Of a stretch of DNA of 64,000 nt, positions 24,601 through 36,600 are shown in pieces. A program made the position numbers and the translations under genes. Under the pieces are notes generated by a model. It was not told the origin of the DNA and made no database searches. It was given only the letters and a program-made list of their open reading frames with translations. Numbering within the stretch: the first letter of the stretch is position 1; the number at the start of each line of letters is the position of its first letter. Source of the stretch: Tubiluchus corallicola (lineage: Eukaryota; Animalia; Priapulida); contig JAQGDQ010000028.1 of NCBI GenBank assembly GCA_030141605.1, positions 992,001-1,056,000 on the forward strand, written 5' to 3'.

Positions 24601-27600
24601 CATCACGTAACTTCTTGGCTTGTTAAAAACTGGAATTATAGAAAAAGCTTCAGCTGGGTAGATCTTGTGTCACACAGTCACTAATTCTAATAATTATTTT
24701 TATGCTTTCCATTTTGTTTTAGCTAGGGGATACATCAGTCATGGTGACAGCTGTTAGTAAAACTAAAGCATCAACATCAACATTTTTGCCACTTACAGTA
24801 AGTTTATTATTTCAGAAGTATAACTGTATAACTGGCAGCAAATTCATTAAATGTGTATCACAAACCAATTGTTGATTCACATGGCGCTGTTTGTAATTGT
24901 TACTAATTGAGGTGTCTAGAAAATTGACATGTTATAGGTTCTCATTCATCTGCATTTGTGTACATTTATTTATTAAATAAGAGATTTATTACCATCACCA
25001 ATTGTCTTTCATCATCTGCAAACATTCCACATGGTAAGTTTAGTGATGTGTTAAACAGTTTAGTACTAGTTTAATACTAATCATTTACACGTTAAGTACT
25101 TATTAAGAACATCCCAATTACTAAATGATTATCTTCCATTATCTTGCAGAAAACAGTCATTCGTTTGAAACAAGATGCTTGAAAATGTGTAGTAGCATTT
25201 GCTAAAGAAAAAATTGCTGCAAATTGCTATTGCTTAAAACGTAGCTGCTATTGCTTAAAATTTCCAGTGTGTGCTTTCACTGTTTAATACTGAAGAATGC
25301 TTAGCCTTGGTTTTAACTTATTTTCCAAATGAAAGATAATAGAAAATGGTTTGTCGTTGACAAATTTTTTTTGAATATAGGTTGATTATAGACAAAAGGC
25401 TGCAGCTGCTGGAAGAATACCGACAAACTTTCTTCGCCGAGAATTAGGGCCAACTGATCACGAGATATTGATTAGTCGAGCGATTGATCGATCGATACGG
25501 CCATTATTTCATGCTGGATATTTTTACGAGACGCAGGTAAATGATGAAGATTGTTGCTTTGTGACAAATGGTTGCCGTTAGTTTTTTATGAATCACTAGA
25601 AATCCGATATTTTTTACTGTGTGAAATCCATATACTTAAATATAATAATTATAGATGTTAATTATTTTAAAGTCTTCGATTGGAGTAATAGGTTTGTGTT
25701 TTGGTCTATTTAAAAGAAAACTGGACAATTGTGTAGACATTAGTTAATATAAAGTATGCTGTAAAATATTCAAAACTACAAAAGCTTTTTTAAATCAAAA
25801 CTTAGATTAAATAATTACCTTGGATAGGTAAATTTTGTTAAACTTTCAAAGCTATGTACGGCTCAGCGAATCTACTAAGACTGGCAATGGTGCTTTTTTG
25901 TCGCAATCACGTGGCCGACAAATAGGCGCAGTACCGTGATAAGCATGTTCAAGAACTGCAGTGTTTGTCTGTGATGTCGGTGTGACGTAGAGCTCATTTT
26001 CGTGACATCACATAACCATGTTATAGCAATCTTCCCTTACGCAAACATGCTTGACCCACAGGGAAGATGCCTACCACTGCACAAACTGTGGGTAGTTTGT
26101 GACGTAAGCGATAGCTGTGTTCAGTTTCCGTTAATTAACTTTCTAAGGTAATTATTCAAATATTAGAAACAATTGTCAACTTTTATAGGCAATAAAATGT
26201 ACATTTTCGACAGTAAATTAAAATGAGATTGAGTCTAATAAATCGTCCGGTTTTCCTTTAAATAGCCATGTTTGTTACATTGTGTGCTTAACACCAAAGT
26301 TAATGAACATCAGCCCTGGTGGTAAATAAGCTGATTGCCGTGTTCAATACTATATTCTATTGACATCCTGACGTGTGTGAACACCTCTGCCATTCGCTGT
26401 GTCCAGTGTATGATCAGAATTGATTAGCCTTGATGATGAGGCAGGTTCCGGCTTCCGTCACAGCTGTCCATGTCAACTAGATCCTATTATTTGAGTGTTG
26501 AATTCCAGTTTATGCTGGTTAGTGGTAGTGGTGAAATTAAAACCGTTGCAAAAGCCTAAAACTGCTGTTTTAGTAACCCATTAACCCATTCCTCTATTGT
26601 CATTTTTCAGGTCTATTGTAATTTATTAGCTGTAGATGGAATCAATGATCCAGACATTGTTAGTATTAACGGAGCTTCAACTGCTTTAGCATTATCGGAT
26701 ATCCCGTGGGCTGGACCTATCGGTACATCATTTTTCTATACAGTCAACTCTGCTTAATTTGTAGGCAGTCACACAGTGATTATAAATCTGCCTGTTGGAG
26801 CTAAACAAGTTTTCCAACAGTTAGTTATCAATGATCCTTCATTATTATAGCACATAAGCTGTAAACTTGTAGAATCCAAAATGCAATTAACCCAAAATTG
26901 TGAAAGTAATAACCCAAATTTAGTGGAAAGAGCTCAATGGGATTTTCAGATGTGATGTGATGTGAAAAAAACGAAACTAAGAATTAACCAGATGCGTGAT
27001 AAGCAGAGAGTTAACTATATATTGTAGTCTAAATTTCATCTTGTCTGTTATGGATGATAAGTTTCTGTACTATTGATTATTTATTCCAAAGAAGCCACAT
27101 GACAATCTAATAACAGTTATTGATGGATTAATTTCACACTCACAGTAGATAAATTTCTCAATTTTGATTCTACATATATCTGATACAGAAGCCAAAGGTT
27201 CACCACTGCACATTATTTAATATACAGTTTTCCGCGGTAAGAGTTTAAATGCCGAGAGCTTCATAAAAGTTCTTTTTATTTTCAGGTGCTGTACGTGTGG
27301 GTATAATTGATAGAAATATTGTAATTAATCCAACACGGAGACAGTTATCAGAGAGCATGCTCAATTTACTCGTTACAGGAACAACAGACAAACGTATAGG
27401 TAGAAATATTGTTTTTAGAAAATATTTTCTTAAATATTTACAGGTTAACATTTACAGTTTTTCATAAAAATATTACGACATGTAAAAATAAATTTCTTTG
27501 ATAAATAATTCTAAAATATCTATGTGTACACTTTTTTACAAATGTTCATGCCAGTAATTCATATTGATTATACATTCCGTAATGCAATAAATTATACACA

Positions 27601-30600
27601 CTAATACACTGAATTAAACTAATACAAATTATATTTTTATGAATTATATTAAATTTTTGGATGTTTCAAAATAAGAAAGGCCTCCTAATATTTAATTTTG
27701 AGTAAAAATGCCAGACTTCATTGACAAATGTAATTTTTTGACCGAGTTTGTAGTTTTTCGTCTTTTCTAAAAACATGTAAACTGACACAGAATTTAACAT
27801 TTGAATTACTATGTGAATTTGCATTAGAAAGAATTCCTTGTTCTTAAATGAATTGAGTGGGATAAAGTTTTGTAAACTCAACTAATGAATTGCGTAATGA
27901 TGAAAGTTTTAATATTATTTTTAACTTTACATATGTGACATTTACAAAAAATAAATTTGCATGCATTCAAAATTTGGTTGAATAGAAACCTATCCTCATA
28001 TCCATGAAAAAACGTTAGTGAGAAATAAACATGTACAATAACATCGGAATTGTTTTGCAGTATAATACCTGTTTCCTGTTTTGTGTCTTTTAGTCTTGTA
28101 ACTTGCCCTTTCAGTTATGCTAGAAGGATCAGCAGAAAATGTTTCACAAGAGGATTTACTAAAAGCCATTTCACATGGCTTGGACGAGGCGCAAGTGGTG
28201 GCGCAAGAAATTGCTCGATTAGCAGAAGAATGCGGCAAAGAAAAGCGAGTGCCACTCAAATATTTCGTCGCCAGCAATGAACTCGTTGTTGCTGCAAAGC
28301 TGTAAGCAGATCAGAATTTGGATTTTTTTGTTTGTTCAGTTGTCTTATTCCTGTTAACACCTAAATAAATTCTTTGGTAAGCGACTAGTCACTGTATTAG
28401 TACTTGTTATAATGTTTCTGCAGTAGTTCTGGTAACAAAACCACTACCAGTCTGAAAGCATCATTATAAATAATCTGTAAGAGTATTTTCATTTTAATTT
28501 TATGAATATTTAAAATGTCAAAGAATTCCGGATGCAAGTTGCTTGTCAAAAATTGTACTGTATGTCTTGAAAATAAATTTTTGATTGCCTTAGATGTGTA
28601 AACACTTGGTGCTGGTTTAAGGGCTTCACTTTTGAAAACTGCTGGTTTCCATTTTGCACATTTTACCAAACAATCTTGATTTGATTAAAATTATTTTCAA
28701 ATCTAAATCTAAGGAATTTGTAAATATTTAAAAGTTGAAAATAAGTTGGAAAAATAAAAATCTCCAAAATGATATTTTTTAAAAATCAACAAAATGACAT
28801 TTTACAAAAATCACCAAAATAACATTTTTGAGCATTATTTTTAATTTCTAAAAATCTGTACAGGTAATTGTTGCAAACTAAGTTTACTACTTTCTTTACC
28901 TTCAATTATTTTTTAATTCATCCTTGCATGAAAAGTTGAATGATCATATAAAAGATGCATCTAGCAAATATACACACGCTCCTCTATGCTCGTTTGCAAG
29001 TCTCGATATTGAGGCATTTAAAAATGTGATACTTAAATTCTTTCATTTTTGTAAAAAGATTTAATTGGAGACCTAAGGATAAACCTGCTGTCATTGAAAT
29101 TTAAATTTCTGATTTCTGTTTATTTTTTCTACGGTCGGCATTGCTACTGCAAATCTTTTAAACTAAAAAACTTCTAATGATTTACTTGGTTTTGGAAATT
29201 TGTTTCATAAAAAAAATTTTTAATTTGCGATTGGAAGGACTAAATTTTAGAAACTTAAGATAAAATTTAGTGATTTATAAATTTTTTCTATGATTGTTAA
29301 GGCCCTAAAACAGTAGAAAACTGTTTCCATGTTTCCATTTAGTTTTTAATTATGCATTTAACTGTGTCAAGAACTACATTTTTTACAGTTATGCTTAGGA
29401 ATGCAGTGCTGTATCTATTTTGTAAGTTAATTTGTTCAAGCGGTTATGTGCTTACTTTTGGTAAACTTTGATTTGTCTGAGGTTTTTCTTTAAATATATT
29501 TCTTGACTTTGCAATAAAGTTCATGGTTGTCAAACACTAAGGTTCATTGTGCTGTATAGTCCTGCCCCGGTCATTTTATGTGTAAATGCGTATAGATGAT
29601 GCGGTCTTTTGTTATAACTTAAAATCATCATAGCTGAAACGAACAGTGTTAGAAATTTTATATATCAGTGAATAAGCTTTTCTTAAGCAGCTAATATTAG
29701 ATAATAATATATCTGTAAAAATGCGAGTTACAAACAATTAGAAATGTGTTAGGCAACAAGTTAATTGTTTTTTTGCCTTTTTCTCAGTTTAGGGGAGACA
29801 CGGGTAAGAGAAGTTTTTCTAGACAACATACATGATAAGGTAAGGGTGAGTTTACAGTTAAATTTTGTTATAATGCCAACCTCACTTAATAACCAAATTT
29901 TTAGCAAAACAAAATATGTGCATTGGTATAGATATGTATGGATTAATGCACCTCGCTATAATGCCAAACTCGCTTGGCACCAACTTTATTTTGCCTTAAC
30001 AAGGTAGGTGGCATAAAGAGGTTTGACTGTAGTTTAACTACAAAGCCTTTGCCATAGGTGTTTCTGTCAGGCCATTTGGGCTTTAATAAATATAGTTAAC
30101 AGTATTATGAAACTAATAACTTACTTTTTCGTTTTGATGAATGGAGTTTTTTAGTGATGAAAAAGCACAAGAAAGAACCTGAAAAAAACTTACTTTGCTT
30201 ACCAAATTATTTGTCTTGTTTTTTTTACAATCCTGCCAGAAAAGTGTTACAGTTGTGTTAAGAATAGTTTATAATTATATTATTATCAGAATATTTCTTG
30301 ACTTTATCAATTTCTTTTTCATTACTAGACATTCCCCATGTTTTATTTTTCTTTGGCTTTCATAATGATTAACTGAATTATTTTCATTTTGTCTGTATTG
30401 GTCTTATCTGTATCTAATATTAATTTTTCTGCCCCTTGAATTTATGTTCATGATTCCTCACATGTCTCTGGATGTAATGTACAAATTCAGGTTTATCTGT
30501 GCATTTGTATGTAAGTGGTTAAAAAATGGTGTATTGAGCCTAGTTCAAATTTAAGTTCGGGTAACACTTTCCTTAATATAGATATCTCGAGATGAAGCCA

Positions 30601-33600
30601 TCAACAGGATACGTCTGGATGTGATGGAAAAACTGCAGCAGAACATTCCTGCAGCAGAACAGTTTAATGTAATGGAAGCGTTCGGCACAATGGTTAAAGA
30701 TGTTTTTAGGAATCTGATTTTAGACGAGAATAGAAGGTTGAACTACATTTACTTTTTAACATTTTTGTACACATATGAACTTAGAGTTATTTTAATTTTT
30801 TACTTACTGCCTACAAGGTGTTTAGCATTCGAATATTAATGCTGAATAGGCCATTTAGCAAGATAGGGGAACTTTTTAGCCGAGCACAGCAGAAACTCGA
30901 GAGAGAACGGGGGAGAGCGAGATTCAGATAGTGTGGGGGCAAACAGGCAGAGAGGGGAGGAAGGCAATCAGCCAGGAAGGATAAAGAGAGTTTTGAAATG
31001 CTGGCACTATCCTGTAAAGTAACAGATAAATCGTGCTGCATGGAGGGATTGTTCCAGTGGCAAAATGAATCCCAATGAACCCAAGAAATGTAGTTCATTT
31101 TGTACAGGAGTATTTTCTAAATTTACCAGTAAAAGCAAATAAACGTTCATTGTTATTTTGACCAGACCAGATGGTTTAGTCTAGTGGCAATGTGTCCACT
31201 TTCAATCTGGGAGGTTGTGAGCTGGGTCGTACCGCATACTTTAAAAATGATACCTGCTGTTGCCCTGCCCGGCACGTGGTATTAAGGGTAAAAGTGAGGT
31301 AATAATAATCTCTGTTATGTAGTTGTAGTTTGTTATTTATAGTTGGCGATAATTAGCTCTTTGAGCTAATGTTAATTGTTCATCCAAAATAATAAAATTT
31401 TTATTTATTTAAATTTTGACTTTAAATAAAGATTATTATTATTGTTGTTGTTGTTGTTGTTGTTGTGGTTGTTGTTGTTGTTATTATTAGGCAGTAACGT
31501 CTTGGTAATGTTATTCTGATATTATATGTAGGTGCGATGGTAGGGATTTAACAGAATTGCGTGATATCTCTTGTGATGTGGACATCTATAAACCTCTGCA
31601 TGGGTCAGCTTTATTTCAGCGAGGTCAGACGCAGTGTCTTTGTACAGTGACATTTGATTCGTTGGAGTCAGCCTTTAAGTCTGATCCAATATCTGTCATA
31701 GCTGGGTGAGTTGTGCAGCTATACATCATTGTCATATTGAATTAGCATAAGCACCTGTTAAAAAATCTATTGCAGACACCAAAAAAAGAAGAAAAGCATA
31801 AGGCAAGTGTGTATTTGGCTGCACAAGATAAGCAATGCTGAATCTTGCTCTTAACTGGATGTGGTACTACCGATCTGTGAATCTGCTTTTGGTAGCTTTT
31901 CTAGTTTAAGGAGGATGTATACACAACTGAAAAGGACTAAGATCCCATTACTTTATTAGTCTTTTATTTTAAAATATCTTTGGCAATCAGTTAGATGCTA
32001 ATTCTAGCTTGTGGGGCTAGAGCGATCAGCATTAAGATATTGCCTTGCAGTTGTCAATTTGCATATGAACAGCTGTTGACTAAGAAAAGTTTTTGTATTT
32101 AATCAGCTCTCTAGTCTTGAATAGCTTCTATTATCTTATTATGCCATGCATTTGCTGAGAATCCGAGTTGCGTTGTTGCGTATCCGAGAAATCTGACACA
32201 CAACCAATATGTGTCCGGCTTCAGTAAATAAGTATGCAACAACTGCTCATGTAAATGATATATCTCATATAAAAAATTGTATGATAAACTGTACAATATG
32301 AATGAAAGGACCACTACACACACACGTGTGAGTAGTCATTTCCAATAGTCATTTCTGCGAATCTCATTAATCGCTGTAATTTTAGTCACAGCAGCCTCCC
32401 CGACTGGGGTACATTAAAAAGCATTTATTTGGAACTTTTTTCGTAGTAGAAGAAATTTATTAAATAAACATCAGATGAACACTTTTTTGATACAGACTTG
32501 GCACCACATTGATAGTGTATAGCTCGTAATCTAGTTTCATTAGCAGTTTATAACACACAACCTCGATTATCTCTAGTGCATCTTGAGATATTCTTTTTCG
32601 CCATTCGTCAGTCGAGTCCAGCTTTGCTCTTCTCCTGTACAAACAATGAACAAAAACTATGTATTAAGTTATCATTAATAGCTTATAATTGCAGAAAACA
32701 TTTAAAAAAGCAAATACACATCTGCTTTTAGTGCTGTATCTTTGACTAAATTTCATTCTCATTTTTTAATTTAGGTATGTAGTAGTTTAGAGGGAGCGAA
32801 GTGGAACACTATTTCTCTTGATAAAAAACCTTAACCTATCCATATACATGTATCTATCCATAATACATTCATCTCATAGCTCCACTTAGTAAGTTTTTTG
32901 CGACCACACCACTGTTTTAGTAAATTTACTGAGCAAGCTTTTTTTAAGAGCAGTGGCAAAAACTTTATTAGGAAACTGGTCCAATAGCTACTTTCAGTGT
33001 AAATATGGTGCAAATTTCTAGTTGCAAGAAACTTAAGGAATTAAATTAATGTAAAGAAGCAATATATTACGTGCGCAGTAATGCGAATCCTTTTGATGTA
33101 GCTTTCTTCACCCAAGCCTTTACGTTTGGATGGATATCCACGTCCAGGAATCTGTAAAGTGTTTCTGTCATGACGAATGGATGATTAAGCACATCTTCAT
33201 ACCTGTAAAATTTATAAAAGTCACTATTTAAAAAAACAAGAGGTTGTTGTTGGTTTAACACACAACTGCACGTGCTTAAAATCATGTTAGAGCAGTGGCA
33301 CTTATTATGTTGTGAGACCACAAGTCACTGCCGTCTTTTCAGTTTGCTGAACAGTGGACACGTTAAATGTATACTTTACATGCATGAGGCATTTTAATTA
33401 CTGTATTGTATTTAAATGTAATTAAGCATTTTTCTGGAAAGTACTGCTAGAAAAGTTGCTTCTGAATGTTTTCATTCTGTATTGTTGAGGAAGAATGTTT
33501 CATTAAATGATAGTAGTACCTTTGCCGATTCACTGTCTGATCTTAGAGGATTATGCTTGGCAACTACTATTTTTACTAATTACATTTAACTACATTCATT

Positions 33601-36600
33601 CGGCATTTGTGTTACACTTTTAAGTTCTGCATGCCTGCTTGTAAAATGCTCAGCTGTATGAAAAAAAGTGTGACCCTATTTTATGACAGAAGTTTCTCAC
33701 AAAATGTTAATATTAAAAATATCTAAATGTAATATTCCTTTCAAACACCAGTACTTCACTGAAAACACCGGTAATATTCACCTGCTGAATAGCTATATAC
33801 AGTATTATTCCGCACTTGTTTGCCTTTCGTTAAATTTGAAAAATTAGTTCCATATCATACGAATTTGCTCAAAGGCATAAAGGAGCACCGCAGTTTACGC
33901 ATAACTTTCATTCATGGTTTTGCCTATTCTTGTTAGTCGATACACTAAAACAGAACCTCTAGTTTTTGTCTAAATAAGTCTTTACATTAATCAATTTATA
34001 CAAAATAAAAACGCAAAATAATATACATTATTATTAATTAATCTGTCATCTGTCGTCGGCGACTATTTGTGTGTCAAAGAATATTAGGCCTAATTTGTTA
34101 AATCATAGAACACCATCTTTCATTAATAGTAATACACCATATTCGTGGCCACAGTACAGTACCACAGTTAATGTCGGCTGTGCGTTTAAGGTGAGTCTGT
34201 GAACCAGCAGAGGTGTTTTAAGCACGTTTGGATTTGTACTCCATCTATGAAGTAAACAGTCAGGTTCAGTGTGGCAACCAGCTTTGGTGCCATTCTTAAC
34301 TTTTTTGCTAAGCATGACACTACGACAAATAAGGCTGTGCACCTCTTATTAGCAAAATTAATTAACACTTACCTAATCCGCATATATCTATCCGGGTAAA
34401 GTTTTTTTATTTTTTCTCCTGCGTCATAATCGTCATTCATGGCCTTGCATACAGATTTAGCTTGCTTAGCCAGCCGCTGTCGCTGTATTCTTGATTGTGC
34501 TGTAATAGTGTACCATCTCATTGCATTTATCATGGCTCGCGGATCACGGACCAAGTGTATGATTTTTACATCGAGTCTTGTATCATATAAGAGAGGCTCT
34601 GTATCTACCATTGATGTTCTTATTGTCTTTGCCACGGCTATCTTGTGTTGCGAACAAGCTTTTGGATAAAGTATTTTGCTGTTCTTCGTAAATGCTGCAT
34701 TAGAGAGCTTATTGCAAAACGCGTTCAAAAATATGATCTGAGTAGTGCATTCACTAAACTTTTGTATGGCTTTCATTTGCTTAAACAGCATCCCTTGTTG
34801 CCTGTATTTTGGCAGCGGATAAAATCTGTCACTTCTGCATAGAAGAGAATTTGTCAGAATTCTCTGCTTTAACAGGGACACATTTTGCCCTTTGAGATGT
34901 TTTTGAAAACCTAGAGTCGGTGTAGAGATGTTTGCTTTGTATAAAAACAACGCGTGTAAAGGTTCATAGATGTAGAAGATTTCTGGATTGTTGTTGAAAA
35001 GGTTGCCAACAAATGTAGATCCTGTCTGATACCTGCTCACTATGACAGCTGACTTTTTTCTTCCCAATGGCTGATTGTGCCAACTGTTATATACTAAAAA
35101 TGTTATATAATTTTGGCTTAAGTTCATTCAAAAGTAAGCAGAAACTTATTTTGAGTGCAGTGAATAATTTCTTAGAGAAATTTTACTTAGTTCAGTAGCT
35201 GTATTAAACACGAGCTTCGTTGAAGAAACAAACTCTTGCTTCAATTGTGCAAATTTAAACTCACAATAAGTCTGAAGAATAACCAAGTTATCAGAAATTC
35301 ACATAACAAAAAATAAGAAATTTTTATTTGCCAATTATAAAGAGATGGTGTTTACAAAGTGTAAGTGCCACTGATCTCAGCATCAAAATGAAAGGCTAAA
35401 AGTATTATTAGGAACTCAGCTCCATTCTAATGCTGGCTGATAATGTTGTTCTTTCTCGATGTAAACTGAACTTAATATTTCAAAGTCAGTAAGTTATATT
35501 TTGAAGAAATTTAATTTTTTCATAAATATTTCGATTTGTTATCAGTTGTTACTAGTTGTATATGCTCGTGCTTAGTGGTTGCAATATATTTAACTTGCTG
35601 GTAGTGCGCTTACCTGACTTACTTCCTTCAAATTTCTTAACAAGGAGGTGTACATCTGCCCGCACCACACCTTAATTTTGACTTTAGCATTATTGCGAGG
35701 CATGGTGCCAGTGAGCAGTAAAGTTTCTTCTGTTGCTGTGTGAAGTAGTATTACAGTAAGATGCTAGTTCTAACCAAGAATCTGGGGCCGGGTTAACTAA
35801 CATGTTCATAAGAATTTTCTTAGAAACTGCCTAGGAATTTTTTTGTGAAGTTTGTAAGCAGTTTTGTGAATCCATCTCTGATGTAGTTTACATTCTCAAT
35901 TTGCAAAATTATAACTTATTTTAGTTAGCCTTACCATTACATGAATTACAAATATAAAATAACAGTTATGTATGAATAGTTTTATGAAAGCAGCCTCACC
36001 TTCTCTGTTCATTTTTCTTTTTACATTTTCACTTTGATAACTGACAAGTAAAAAAGATGGTACAAATATCGCTAACATGGAGATAGCTACAATGAGTTTT
36101 AGAGACACGCTTTTTGTTGTCCATCCACTTTTCCGTGAATGACGGCGTTTCTTCGCCATTTCTTCTTAACAAAAACCAACAGTATTAACGAAAAATCAAG
36201 GAAACAACTTGGCACCTCTTGTAATTTAATCACACTGTTACTGTGAATCAGCTTTGCTATAGCTGCAGTTTGGTAGTCTTGCTGTAGACTGTACTGTCAT
36301 TGTTATGCTGTACATTGTCAAAGTCATTGTTTATTGATCACATTGCCTACAGTCTGGGCTACAGTGCCTTATGAAATGTTATGAATTTAGCTGGAAGTCT
36401 TGTCCCCTTCTATAATTTAGATGTCTACATTTCCACATCCGTGGCATTGAATTTCTGAAACCTATTGACTCGATTGCAATGGCATGAATGCAACTTGCAT
36501 TTTAGTTTGTTTGTTGATTCCTAAATTAAAGTTAGTTTATAATACATGTAATTTGATCGTTGGACAATTTCATTTATTTTTTGTATAATTCTACTACATA

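Noticed and set aside
26428-26530. Possible intronic C/D snoRNA (TGATGA box)
   Set aside because: No D box (CTGA) or terminal stem at a suitable distance.
35614-35735. Longer version of sulfotransferase exon 2 with tandem donors
   Set aside because: It ends in phase 0, whereas the best acceptor of the catalytic exon needs phase 1. Only a 57-nt version (35670-35614) or exon skipping keeps the frame.
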